Sequence record: OL829978.1
Length of the DNA stretch: 24,000 nt
From: Streptomyces phage Tomas
Reading direction: 5' to 3' (one strand)
The notes below the pieces were generated by a model, which was given only the letters and a program-made list of their open reading frames with translations, searched no databases and was not told the DNA's origin. A program made the position numbers and the translations under genes. Positions 7,353 through 15,711 of the stretch are shown here, piece by piece; the stretch's first letter is position 1, and each line of letters opens with the position of its first letter.

Positions 7353-7570
7353 ACGAAGATCTTCGCAAGATTGTGGATGCTGGTAAGTTTGTCGGAAGCA
7401 TTGCTCTTGATACTATCGAGCTTTCGCTTCTTACTCGTAAGGCTGATGAGGATCAGCGAGAATCTGCGACTTCCTATATCAAGGCTTACGAAGAGCAGAA
7501 CGGCAAGGTTAAGACTAAGGAGCAGTGGCAGCAGTTTTATACTGGTGTCAAGAAGCGTCTAACTGTCTAA
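7349..7570 (+). CDS. hypothetical protein, paralog of next ORF
   Basis: ATG 7349 overlapping TGA (ATGA); shares K/R-x-YxKxYxEQN...W...KRL pattern with 7579-7809. Confidence 0.65.
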   Translation: MNEDLRKIVDAGKFVGSIALDTIELSLLTRKADEDQRESATSYIKAYEEQNGKVKTKEQWQQFYTGVKKRLTV

Positions 7571-7578
7571 GGAGACAT

Positions 7579-7809
7579 ATGCCTGACATGCCATACATGG
7601 AACGAGTTGGACGTAAATTCGTTTCAGACATGAACGAGGTGCTTGATGGTCTAGCTCGAATCGACCTTCTAAGCTCTGTCGCTAAGTCTGCCAATCGTGA
7701 GAAGGCAGCAAAGTATCTCAAGCTATACACTGAGCAGAATCTTCCGCCAAAGAACATGGAAGAGTGGCGTGTGCTTCGAGATGGAATGATTAAAAGGCTT
7801 CGAGGGTGA
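7579..7809 (+). CDS. hypothetical protein, paralog of previous ORF
   Basis: ATG 7579 with AAGGAGA upstream. Confidence 0.65.
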   Translation: MPDMPYMERVGRKFVSDMNEVLDGLARIDLLSSVAKSANREKAAKYLKLYTEQNLPPKNMEEWRVLRDGMIKRLRG

Positions 7810-7811
7810 GA

Positions 7812-7985
7812 ATGGACCAGGAAAGAATCAATGCAACTGATGCCGCCTGGCTAGAATTTAAGCAGGCTGCACGCGATGCTAGCGAAGCCTGGAAAACCGA
7901 TTCGGAAGACGGTCTAGTTAGTTATAACTGGACAGCCTACAAAGAATACTGTAGGCTGGAAGGAATAGAGTGTGCTGAGTCGTGA
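7812..7985 (+). CDS. hypothetical protein (57 aa)
   Basis: MDQERINATDAAWLEFKQAARDASEAWKTDSEDGLVSYNWTAYKEYCRLEGIECAES; absent from supplied track. Confidence 0.5.
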   Translation: MDQERINATDAAWLEFKQAARDASEAWKTDSEDGLVSYNWTAYKEYCRLEGIECAES

Positions 7986-7996
7986 GACTCAGTTTT

Positions 7997-8067
7997 ACCC
8001 GTTTAGCTCAATGGTAGAGTGCCTGCTCGACACGCAGGAGACATGAGTTCAATTCTCTTAACGGGTA
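7997..8067 (+). tRNA. tRNA-Val(GAC) with C at position 33
   Basis: Acceptor ACCCGTT/AACGGGT, D-arm GCTC-AATGGTA-GAGT, anticodon arm CCTGC-TCGACAC-GCAGG, T-loop TTCAATT. Confidence 0.75.
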
Positions 8068-8094
8068 CTCCGTAAGATCGACCGAAGGAGGAGA

Positions 8095-8544
8095 GTGAAT
8101 CTCATTCGTGCCGAGAGACTTGCGAGAAGTCTCATGTGGGAATACGGATTGATTCCCAATGGTTGGGACTTTGCATGGAATCGACAGGTGGGAGTATTTG
8201 GACTGTGTCATTATGAACGATACACAATCTATCTATCCAAGGTTCTAACGCCTCAATTGACTGTCGCTCAGACAGAAAACATCATCAGACATGAGATTGC
8301 TCATGCTCTTGTTGGTCCTTCACATGGTCATGATGAAGTTTGGCGACATCAGGCAAGACTCATTGGTTGTACAGGCAATACAACAGAAGCCTACAAAGCA
8401 GTAGTTAAGCCTAAATGGCAAGCAAAATGCCCGGTAGGAAATCACCTTGTCGGCAGGCCAAGACATCGTAGGGTTCTTAAGAATAGCCCTGTGTGTTCAA
8501 AGCACAGGAGGCCCGTAACATGGGCGTCACTCATAGGAGAATAA
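8095..8544 (+). CDS. SprT-like metallopeptidase-domain protein
   Basis: Zinc metallopeptidase motif IIRHEIAHALVG with downstream HGHDEVWRHQARLIGC; GAGGAG before GTG. Confidence 0.75.
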   Translation: MNLIRAERLARSLMWEYGLIPNGWDFAWNRQVGVFGLCHYERYTIYLSKVLTPQLTVAQTENIIRHEIAHALVGPSHGHDEVWRHQARLIGCTGNTTEAYKAVVKPKWQAKCPVGNHLVGRPRHRRVLKNSPVCSKHRRPVTWASLIGE

Positions 8545-8741
8545 TGACAGGCGACGCAATCAGCATCATCGTGGCTTCTCTCGATATGACTTATCCTGGA
8601 CAACCCTATGAATGGGTAGAAAGGGCTGCTACGGAGATTCTTCACTTTCCGGGTCGATATCCAAATGCTACTGTTGAGCAAGAAGCGGCATTGATGGAGC
8701 GAGTCCGGAACATGTGTACTACAGGACAGTGGAGAGGCTGA
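8544..8741 (+). CDS. hypothetical protein
   Basis: ATG 8544 with AGGAGA upstream, replacing track start 8493. Confidence 0.6.
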   Translation: MTGDAISIIVASLDMTYPGQPYEWVERAATEILHFPGRYPNATVEQEAALMERVRNMCTTGQWRG

Positions 8742-8938
8742 TGAATTCAGAAGTAAAGATCGGAATGCTTATCGCAGCAACAATATCAATCTTCTTTTTG
8801 ACGATTGGTGGCGCTGTGACTGCTGATAAGTATCTAACTGAGCAGACTACACAGAAGTGTATTGATGCTGGTAAGGTATGGACCGGTAAGGCTTGTGTTG
8901 ACAACACAAGCGATCTGCGCTATATTGATAACGACTGA
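8741..8938 (+). CDS. small membrane or exported protein
   Basis: MNSEVKIGMLIAATISIFFLTIGGAVTADKYL N-terminal TM, two Cys in the tail. Confidence 0.6.
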   Translation: MNSEVKIGMLIAATISIFFLTIGGAVTADKYLTEQTTQKCIDAGKVWTGKACVDNTSDLRYIDND

Positions 8939-8951
8939 GAGATCAGTCTAT

Positions 8952-9025
8952 GGCCACATAGTCCAACGGCAGGAGACGCTTCCCTCAAAAGGAAGACAGT
9001 GTCGGTTCGAATCCGACTGTGGCTA
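8952..9025 (+). tRNA. tRNA with anticodon CAA (nominal Leu) but short variable loop
   Basis: Acceptor GGCCACA/TGTGGCT, anticodon arm CTTCC-CTCAAAA-GGAAG, variable ACAGT, T-arm GTCGG-TTCGAAT-CCGAC. Confidence 0.8.
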
Positions 9026-9029
9026 CTCT

Positions 9030-9120
9030 GGAAGTATGGCTGAGTCAGGCTTAAGGCACCAGTTTGCTAAACTGGCGAGTGAATAAAGTAGCTCCACGAG
9101 TTCGAATCTCGTTGCTTCCG
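9030..9120 (+). tRNA. tRNA-Ser(GCT)
   Basis: Acceptor GGAAGTA/TGCTTCC, anticodon arm CCAGT-TTGCTAA-ACTGG, long class II variable arm, T-arm ACGAG-TTCGAAT-CTCGT. Confidence 0.9.
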
Positions 9121-9129
9121 CTTAAATGA

Positions 9130-9142
9130 TATAATAACTCTA
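9130..9142 (+). promoter_or_regulatory. extended -10 promoter with predicted start at or near the ATG
   Basis: TGATATAAT (perfect TATAAT 9130-9135), ATG at 9142. Confidence 0.5.
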
Positions 9143-9435
9143 TGGAAATCAATAGACATAGAAGAGAGGGGAGTTTCGTAAGGCGTCACAGTCTTTCGTT
9201 AGCTCTCTTCTTTGTTTTTTGTGCGCAGTCCATCATCGTATGGTTCTCAGGATATGAAGACTGGTCGAGCGATCAGCAGGCTCAACATCAACAGGTTGCC
9301 ATCTGGCCCGACTACCTGATACACTACGTATATGAGATGGCAGTCAGTCTGGTAGCAGACACCTACGGAGCACTTCTCCTGGTCCTTTTTGCCAAATGGT
9401 TTTATGAAAAGGGTAGTCCGGAAAGCGGGGATTAA
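9142..9435 (+). CDS. membrane protein
   Basis: Two hydrophobic stretches SLSLALFFVFCAQSIIVWF and MAVSLVADTYGALLLVLFAKWF. Confidence 0.65.
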   Translation: MEINRHRREGSFVRRHSLSLALFFVFCAQSIIVWFSGYEDWSSDQQAQHQQVAIWPDYLIHYVYEMAVSLVADTYGALLLVLFAKWFYEKGSPESGD

Positions 9436-9617
9436 TGTTTTATTTGATCTGCTCTCGATGCGGTCCGCATTACAGCAATGACGACTACATGGAAAACGGT
9501 GTGTGCCCGATGTGCCTTCTTGTAGAAATTACAGAGGAGTTGGGGCTATATGAAGAAGTGGATTTCGCCCGGAACGAGAATAATGGACCGGGCCTATCTG
9601 TACGACAAGAGCGGTAA
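9435..9617 (+). CDS. zinc-ribbon-like small protein
   Basis: CSRCG...CPMC. Confidence 0.6.
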   Translation: MFYLICSRCGPHYSNDDYMENGVCPMCLLVEITEELGLYEEVDFARNENNGPGLSVRQER

Positions 9618-9765
9618 TCGTCACACAGGCGAAGCTCTTATGCTAGCATTGCTTCTACACGCAAAGGGTAAGACAAAGCGTGCAGAGAATGAGCTGCTAG
9701 AAGTTTCAAAGATTATGCGTGATCCGAACCTACCAAAGGAAAACCGTGCGCGGAGAAGGTCCTAA
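9583..9765 (+). CDS. hypothetical protein
   Basis: ATG 9583 in track frame 9550: MDRAYLYDKSGNRHTGEALMLALLLHAKGKTKRAENELLEV. Confidence 0.5.
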   Translation: MDRAYLYDKSGNRHTGEALMLALLLHAKGKTKRAENELLEVSKIMRDPNLPKENRARRRS

Positions 9766-10129
9766 GAAGGTCGAACGTTTTGAGTGGCATTACATCGAGA
9801 TGGAATACTTCATCAAGAATCTTTATGGTCAGGAGTGGGAAGGCGGAGCCGCAATGGGCTTTCCTGCTCAGGACACTTATCAAAATGTAACCGTCAAGGG
9901 CGTCAGTGCTGAGCCTGTTGATTGGATTGATGAGGACGGTAAAGAGATTCGCTGCCACCTTGTCGGTGACAACACTTACGATGAAGCAAAGCTCATCATG
10001 GAGAAGTTCAAGGCAGAGGGAATGCCTCGCGAGGAATATGCTGATCCCGGTCTTGAGCTGATGCTCAATTGGCTTTGTCATGAAGGTCACATTCCTGCCG
10101 GTGACTACTGCATCCAGATTTGGTGGTAA
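9719..10129 (+). CDS. hypothetical protein, paralog of next ORF
   Basis: C-terminal GHIPAGDYCIQIWW parallels KRIPDGVYLIEVCW of the next ORF. Confidence 0.65.
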   Translation: MIRTYQRKTVRGEGPKKVERFEWHYIEMEYFIKNLYGQEWEGGAAMGFPAQDTYQNVTVKGVSAEPVDWIDEDGKEIRCHLVGDNTYDEAKLIMEKFKAEGMPREEYADPGLELMLNWLCHEGHIPAGDYCIQIWW

Positions 10130-10131
10130 AA

Positions 10132-10404
10132 ATGATCGAACAGAAGACTTACAACGTCGTTTCCTACAACGAACTCAATGAGATTGTTGAGGAAGAGTTT
10201 GGTCCCGGCTGGGATTTCATCTCGTCAAACGAGTGCAATAATGATTCATCGTATGTCATTGATCCAGAAAATGGAAATGATGACGAATGGACTCGTGAGG
10301 CAATTGCAAACTTTCCGGAGTGTGGTGTGTATGACATTTTGACCACTCTTGTCAGTCGAAAGAGGATTCCTGACGGTGTCTATCTGATTGAGGTGTGTTG
10401 GTAA
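10132..10404 (+). CDS. hypothetical protein
   Basis: MIEQKTYNVVSYNELNEIVEEEFGPGWDF... Confidence 0.65.
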   Translation: MIEQKTYNVVSYNELNEIVEEEFGPGWDFISSNECNNDSSYVIDPENGNDDEWTREAIANFPECGVYDILTTLVSRKRIPDGVYLIEVCW

Positions 10405-10658
10405 TGGGTTGGGGTAGCGGAACGGCATACTTTGACGGACCTCTGGACCTCATGCTAGAGTATGTACCAGAAGACAAGCGCAAGGAAGTCATCGAAAAAC
10501 TGTATCGTAGCATCAGAGATGGTGATTGGGATACGGTCGAAGAGTCTGCATACTTCAACTTGCTTGTGAAGTATGACATCGATGGTTATGGTGAATATAA
10601 GAATGATCCTGACTATCTTGAGGGACTTGATGAGGACGAAGCAAAAGAACTTAGGTAA
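10404..10658 (+). CDS. hypothetical protein
   Basis: ATG 10404 overlapping stop: MGWGSGTAYFDGPLDLMLEYVPED... Confidence 0.65.
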   Translation: MGWGSGTAYFDGPLDLMLEYVPEDKRKEVIEKLYRSIRDGDWDTVEESAYFNLLVKYDIDGYGEYKNDPDYLEGLDEDEAKELR

Positions 10659-10821
10659 ATGCAAATGCGGCAGACCAATGCTTGTTGGTCATCTCCGTCA
10701 ATACAATGGCGGAAACGGTGTTTGCGGTGCCTGCAATGCAGAACGAATGATTGAGGAGATTGAGAATCGTGTCCGGCCAGAGGGTCTTGACAACATTGAT
10801 TCTGACGGGTACGATTCTTAA
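10630..10821 (+). CDS. zinc-ribbon-like protein
   Basis: MRTKQKNLGKCKCGRPMLVGHLRQYNGGNGVCGACN; four-Cys arrangement; start uncertain. Confidence 0.5.
   Translation: MRTKQKNLGKCKCGRPMLVGHLRQYNGGNGVCGACNAERMIEEIENRVRPEGLDNIDSDGYDS
10787..10815 (+). promoter_or_regulatory. possible promoter
   Basis: TTGACA, 17 bp, TACGAT inside the end of the previous ORF. Confidence 0.35.
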
Positions 10822-10880
10822 CATAGTGTTTCTCGCACTCGCTGCACAGTACATCAACGAAGCAATAACAGAAATTGGCA

Positions 10881-11048
10881 ATGACATACAGCGAAATGCG
10901 TGTAGATATGCGAATCCGGAACTCGAAGACTGGTCTGAAAGCAACTATTGCTAGTAAGACTGGTGGTCAGTTCCGGATTGTAGATCAGAATGGTCATGTA
11001 GAAGACTTCGACCGGTTTAATGCCGGAGATTGGGAGCCTATTAAATAA
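10881..11048 (+). CDS. hypothetical protein (55 aa)
   Basis: MTYSEMRVDMRIRNSKTGLKATIASKTGGQFRIVDQNGHVEDFDRFNAGDWEPIK; TAATG coupling to next ORF; absent from supplied track. Confidence 0.5.
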   Translation: MTYSEMRVDMRIRNSKTGLKATIASKTGGQFRIVDQNGHVEDFDRFNAGDWEPIK

Positions 11049-11452
11049 TGGGACTCGCTGGCAAGATCTGGAATGAGTACAAGAACATCAAGACGATTGT
11101 CAGTCTCGAAGAGGCTGCCAAGAAGAGTCAGGGTGCTGCGGAATATCTTCGAAACGTTCAGGAATGGGATTGCTTCGAAGACCTCGTTCTTGAGTGGAAG
11201 AAGTATTTCATTCAGAAGGCTCGCAAGGAAAAGATTAAGCCCGAGGATTTGATGCATGGTGGAACGACATTCGATTCAGCAATGAATTTGGATGGTTCAA
11301 CTCCGCCTGCAAAGCGAAGCGGTGGCAATGCTACCTTCCGTGCCAAGAAGCTTTGTGATAAGTATGGTCGTGGTTCTGGACCTACTTTCGGAGCTGCAAT
11401 GGCAGAAGGTCTCAACCTCGCTCGTGGTGGACGTTCAAACTACAGGGTCTGA
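11048..11452 (+). CDS. hypothetical protein
   Basis: 134 aa ORF, ATG 11048. Confidence 0.65.
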   Translation: MGLAGKIWNEYKNIKTIVSLEEAAKKSQGAAEYLRNVQEWDCFEDLVLEWKKYFIQKARKEKIKPEDLMHGGTTFDSAMNLDGSTPPAKRSGGNATFRAKKLCDKYGRGSGPTFGAAMAEGLNLARGGRSNYRV

Positions 11453-11478
11453 AAGGTATTAAATGTTTAAAGGAGCAT

Positions 11479-11832
11479 GTGACCGATCTTTCTAAGAAGG
11501 ATCGGTCATTTCTCTCACTCGCCATGTCTGTAAGTGTTAAGAGTAATATGAAGCAGCAGCATGGCGCAGTGATTGTAAGGTCTGGTAGGGTTCTAGCAAC
11601 AGGCTGGAACCTGTTGAAGAATGATCCAGAAAATATCAGCGCTGAGCACATCGAACAGTTCTGCTCTGTGCACGCCGAAGCTATGGCCATTGCGCGCTGT
11701 CGTAAGGCCGCTGGAGCAACGATTTATATTGCCCGGAACAAGAAGGGGCAGGGTCGTTTCTCAAAGCCTTGTAGCGGCTGTGAGAGAGCAATCATACTAG
11801 CAGGCATCAAGCGCGTCGTTTACACAGGTTGA
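11479..11832 (+). CDS. cytidine/dCMP deaminase-like protein
   Basis: HAEAMAIARC and PCSGCERAI zinc-binding motifs of the deaminase fold. Confidence 0.8.
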   Translation: MTDLSKKDRSFLSLAMSVSVKSNMKQQHGAVIVRSGRVLATGWNLLKNDPENISAEHIEQFCSVHAEAMAIARCRKAAGATIYIARNKKGQGRFSKPCSGCERAIILAGIKRVVYTG

Positions 11833-11857
11833 CACCTTCGCTGTGTCCCTGTAGTGT
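11829..11857 (+). promoter_or_regulatory. sigma70-like promoter
   Basis: TTGACA, 17 bp, TAGTGT; -35 overlaps the TGA stop of the deaminase ORF. Confidence 0.7.
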
Positions 11858-11894
11858 TAACAACATCACCGGCTCACAGACAGAAGGAGACATC

Positions 11895-13805
11895 GTGGAG
11901 CCCAATACCATTTATGCAAAGCGTGAAGGCAATCTCGCAGGAGAGATTGTAGACATGAGTGTCGATGCTGCGAGTATGGCTCACGTCATGTCTATCCTGA
12001 CGGACCTTTACTCCAATCCGACCCTTGCGGTAATTCGAGAGTACAGCACTAACGCCTTTGATTCACACAAGGCGGCCGGTGTTACGAGGCCCATTGAGGT
12101 TTCTACACCTAATGGACTGAGTCAGTTCTTCAAGGTTCGTGACTTCGGTGTTGGCCTTGACGTTGAAGACATTCGAAATGTCTACTCAAAGTATGGTGCA
12201 TCCACCAAGCGTTCTACCAATGATCAGGTTGGTATGCTTGGTCTTGGTTGTAAGTCTGCACTTACTTACACTCAGCAGTTCACCATTCGTTCTGTTAAGG
12301 ATGGAAAGCTCGCTCTTGTGGCCATCTCTCGTACTGAGAGTGGTGCTGGTCAGATGCAGATTGTTCATACTTCGGATGTTGACGAAGAGAACGGCGTCGA
12401 GATCTCTGTTCCTGTCGAGCGGTACAATACGTTTGAGCAGGAAGCAAAGCAATTCTTCTCCTATTGGGAGCCTGGTACTGTTCTGCTTAATGGCCAGGAG
12501 CCTGCACGGGTTGATGGCACCAAGATCTCTGATGACATCCTGATTCACAAGGGTGCTCGCAACGATTACATCGTTATGGGTAATGTCGCTTACCGAGTTT
12601 CCAATGAGCACTCGCTGTACAACAGCACGTATCGTTACGGAATTGATTTCGGTATCGTAGCGACGGTGGGAATTGGAGAGGTTGACTTTACTCCTTCCCG
12701 CGAAGATCTTCACTACACCAAGCGAACCATTGCAACAATCGAAAAGGTTCGTAAGGCTATTACTGATGGTATGCGGAACACCATTCAGTCTGAGATCGAT
12801 TCCAAGGATACTCACGTCGAGGCGCGCAAGTGCTACGAAGAGTGGAAGCGTATTGCCAGCAATTACATGAGCGGTATCACCTACAAGGGTGAGCAGATTC
12901 CTGACAGTATCTCTGGTAGGTTCTGGAAGTATCGTCCGGATGCTGGTCGATACTCTACGACCACCTACATGATCCAGGATCTTACGATTCAGGAGCTTGA
13001 GCGAAGCATCATTGTCAATGGCTACACTGAGACTGATGGTATTTCTACTTATCACCGGTCAAAGCTGCGGCTGTGGTCTGATGTTACTGGTAAGCATGGA
13101 AGCTATGTGCTTTCCAATGACACGGTTGACATGAAGTGGATCAGCAATGATCGTGTTGTCACGTGGGAAGAGGTCTTTGCCACCAAGAAGCCCCGTGTTG
13201 CGAAGACTCAGAGCACTGAGAGCTTTTTCGTAATGCAGAAGGGCACTCGATACGGCAAGAACATTACCGAATTCCCTGACGACAAGATGCTCGTTCTCTA
13301 CACCAACTCTGATGAGCGGGTGGCAGAATACATCGGTCAGATTGTTGCTCTTAGCGATGATGTGATGGGTGTTAGGCTTGCCAAGAATCGGTGGGAAAAG
13401 TTCACTCGTGAGCACAAGAACGTCATCAGTCTTCGAGACTACCTTGACAAGATGATGCAGAAGGCATACGATGGACTTACCGAGGAAGACAAGGTCTCCA
13501 TGTCTCTTGGTCACTATGACCGAGGGCGACTGGGTTACCTTGACGCTACTCAGGTTGACGATCCCGAGCTGGTGCGATACATTGAAGTTGCACGACGATA
13601 CACCAAGACTGACACTGTAGAATTCTACAACTCAGTCAAGGCTGTGACTGCTGCGATTCGAATGTATGACATTGGTGAGAAGTTCGAAGCCATTGATGTC
13701 ATTGGTAAGTACCCTCTGCTTGGCGCTGTTAATGGCGAAGCAAAGCAGTCTGAGCACTTCTACCTCTATGCAAATGCTCTCTACAATAAGGACGCAAATG
13801 TCTGA
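11895..13805 (+). CDS. rIIA-like protein (GHKL/Bergerat-fold ATPase)
   Basis: VIREYSTNAFDSHKAAG and VRDFGVGLDVEDI...YGASTK...GMLGLGCKSAL match GHKL motifs; GTG 11895 with AAGGAG; paired with rIIB-like ORF. Confidence 0.85.
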   Translation: MEPNTIYAKREGNLAGEIVDMSVDAASMAHVMSILTDLYSNPTLAVIREYSTNAFDSHKAAGVTRPIEVSTPNGLSQFFKVRDFGVGLDVEDIRNVYSKYGASTKRSTNDQVGMLGLGCKSALTYTQQFTIRSVKDGKLALVAISRTESGAGQMQIVHTSDVDEENGVEISVPVERYNTFEQEAKQFFSYWEPGTVLLNGQEPARVDGTKISDDILIHKGARNDYIVMGNVAYRVSNEHSLYNSTYRYGIDFGIVATVGIGEVDFTPSREDLHYTKRTIATIEKVRKAITDGMRNTIQSEIDSKDTHVEARKCYEEWKRIASNYMSGITYKGEQIPDSISGRFWKYRPDAGRYSTTTYMIQDLTIQELERSIIVNGYTETDGISTYHRSKLRLWSDVTGKHGSYVLSNDTVDMKWISNDRVVTWEEVFATKKPRVAKTQSTESFFVMQKGTRYGKNITEFPDDKMLVLYTNSDERVAEYIGQIVALSDDVMGVRLAKNRWEKFTREHKNVISLRDYLDKMMQKAYDGLTEEDKVSMSLGHYDRGRLGYLDATQVDDPELVRYIEVARRYTKTDTVEFYNSVKAVTAAIRMYDIGEKFEAIDVIGKYPLLGAVNGEAKQSEHFYLYANALYNKDANV

Positions 13806-14757
13806 TCTTCATTACAGTCTGATTAGTAATGACGCTGGTAAGAACATCACCGTGTTCTATCAGGGTGAAGTCTATGCTGCGACCGATACTCACGCCAACT
13901 GGGAAGCAATCAAGGCCGGTGCAGAGAATGACGATGTAAGTATCGTTGATCTCTTCGACCTTAGTAAGACTGCTTCTAAGCGGTTCGAGCGTCTGTCGGA
14001 GCGAGTTACGGTGAGCAATGGACATGTCTACTTCGATGGTGTTGCTGTGGATAACACACTTACCAATCAGGTAGTCCGGTTCATTGAGAATGGGGAAGAG
14101 GATTTCGGTCCTCTGGTTGCCTTCTTCGAGAAGGTTCAGGTTAATGAGAACGAGCACAGCCGTGAGCAGCTTTATCGCTGGCTCGCTGCTAATGATTTCA
14201 CCATTACGGCTGATGGAAACTTCATCGGTTACAAGGGTGTAAAGATTGTTGATGGTGAGTTTTTCAGCATCAGCACGGGTAAGGCCATTTCAAATGGTGT
14301 TGAATACGATGGTGCCATTCCCAACCCGATTGGTGCAATCGTTGAGATGCCTCGCGATGCAGTTCAGCACGATCCTTCTGTAGGCTGTCACACTGGTCTG
14401 CACGCTGGAACGTGGGACTACGCAAGTGGTTTTGCTCAGGGTGCCGTTCTTAAGGTCGAGATCAATCCTCGCGACGTTGTCTCTGTACCTACGGACTGTT
14501 CTTCACAGAAGGTTCGTACGTGTCGATACACCGTTCTTGAGGTAATTGACGCTCCGATCACTGGTCCTGTCGAGTATGATTATGATCCTCTGGATTACGT
14601 CTACGATGACGACGAGGATGACTACAGCGATGTTATCAAGTCTTACGAGGCTAATAACCCTGTAGTTCAGACGATGGCTGGCCCTGTGGACACGCGGTTT
14701 AATTACCAGAAGCAGAAGCGTGATCAGTTTGGTCGGTTCATTCCCAAGAGTAAGTGA
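13798..14757 (+). CDS. rIIB-like protein
   Basis: MSDLHYSLISNDAGKNITVFYQGEVYAATDTHANWEAIKAG...FFEKVQVNENEHSREQLYRWLAANDFTITADGNFIGYKGV; overlaps end of rIIA. Confidence 0.8.
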   Translation: MSDLHYSLISNDAGKNITVFYQGEVYAATDTHANWEAIKAGAENDDVSIVDLFDLSKTASKRFERLSERVTVSNGHVYFDGVAVDNTLTNQVVRFIENGEEDFGPLVAFFEKVQVNENEHSREQLYRWLAANDFTITADGNFIGYKGVKIVDGEFFSISTGKAISNGVEYDGAIPNPIGAIVEMPRDAVQHDPSVGCHTGLHAGTWDYASGFAQGAVLKVEINPRDVVSVPTDCSSQKVRTCRYTVLEVIDAPITGPVEYDYDPLDYVYDDDEDDYSDVIKSYEANNPVVQTMAGPVDTRFNYQKQKRDQFGRFIPKSK

Positions 14758-14761
14758 TGTT

Positions 14762-14784
14762 GGCCCCCTTCGGGGGGCCTTCGT
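14762..14784 (+). terminator. rho-independent terminator (weak T tract)
   Basis: GGCCCCC-TTCG-GGGGGCC-TTCGTC. Confidence 0.7.
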
Positions 14785-14799
14785 CGTCCCCAAAACATG

Positions 14800-14828
14800 T
14801 TGACCATGCTGACACGGTATGTTAGAGT
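14800..14828 (+). promoter_or_regulatory. sigma70-like promoter
   Basis: TTGACC, 17 bp, TAGAGT, followed by leader GAACTAACAACGAGGGAAGGAG. Confidence 0.7.
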
Positions 14829-14855
14829 TGAACTAACAACGAGGGAAGGAGCCGC

Positions 14856-15626
14856 ATGGCTCTCATTATGATTGCAGGCGACTGGCACGGAGACACGAAC
14901 CATGCCAGGAAGACAGTAAGGCGCGCTGCTGCCATGGGTGCTAAGAAGATCATGCAGGTTGGTGACTTCGGGTTCTGGACTCATGAGGAGGATGGCGTTA
15001 CTTACCTTGACGCTCTTAATGAGGAGTGTCGCAAGCACGGAGTCAAGGTTTACTTTGTAGCTGGTAACCATGAGAACTGGGACCACCTTGACTGGCTTGA
15101 GCGCAATGGCGCAAAGACTTACAATGGGATGACCGTTATCCGTTCTCACATTCGTTACACTGGCCGTGTGAAGCGTTGGAGCTTTGATGGTAAGTGGTTC
15201 CAGGCCGTTGGTGGAGCTGTTTCGATCGATAAGGCTTCGCGAACACTCGGTAAGACTTTCTGGTTGCAGGAGCAGGTTCCGGAGAATGTCGTAAAGGGAC
15301 TTGAGAATGCAGGCAAGGCGTCTGATTATCTTCTTACTCATGACGCTCCGACGTGTGCACCTTTCAGGTTCCGACTCAAGAACGATCCTGATTCGCAGAA
15401 GCATCGTGAGCTGATGAATCGAATCGGTAAGGTTGTAAAGCCTACTCTTTGGTTCCACGGTCATTACCACACGTGGATGGAGAATTACGGATTCATGCAC
15501 CAGAGCGGCTACAGCAGCGTTTATGGCCTTGACATGAATGGTGACTTCTACAATTACGTAGTGCTTGACACCGACAACGATTCGGTACAGACTGCTACTG
15601 GGAAGATCAACCACATTCTTGACTGA
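14856..15626 (+). CDS. calcineurin-like metallophosphoesterase
   Basis: GDWHGD, MQVGDFGFW, VAGNHEN, THDAP, HGHYH. Confidence 0.9.
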   Translation: MALIMIAGDWHGDTNHARKTVRRAAAMGAKKIMQVGDFGFWTHEEDGVTYLDALNEECRKHGVKVYFVAGNHENWDHLDWLERNGAKTYNGMTVIRSHIRYTGRVKRWSFDGKWFQAVGGAVSIDKASRTLGKTFWLQEQVPENVVKGLENAGKASDYLLTHDAPTCAPFRFRLKNDPDSQKHRELMNRIGKVVKPTLWFHGHYHTWMENYGFMHQSGYSSVYGLDMNGDFYNYVVLDTDNDSVQTATGKINHILD

Positions 15627-15711
15627 TCCGCCTGATAATCAAGTTTGTGTTATTCTTTAGAAGAATTCTTCAAGAATGCGCAAACTTGAGGACAAGGAGG
15701 TGAAAGAAAAG

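Noticed and set aside
12139-12543. 134 aa + strand ORF
   Set aside because: Out-of-frame shadow wholly inside the rIIA-like gene.
12186-13055. 289 aa minus-strand ORF
   Set aside because: Shadow of the rIIA-like gene; codon-pattern artefact.
13444-13476. Approximate TTGACA-17-TACGAT match inside the rIIA-like gene
   Set aside because: Deep in coding sequence; expected chance match.
14724-15614. 296 aa minus-strand ORF
   Set aside because: Mirror of the metallophosphoesterase gene and would cross a terminator and promoter.
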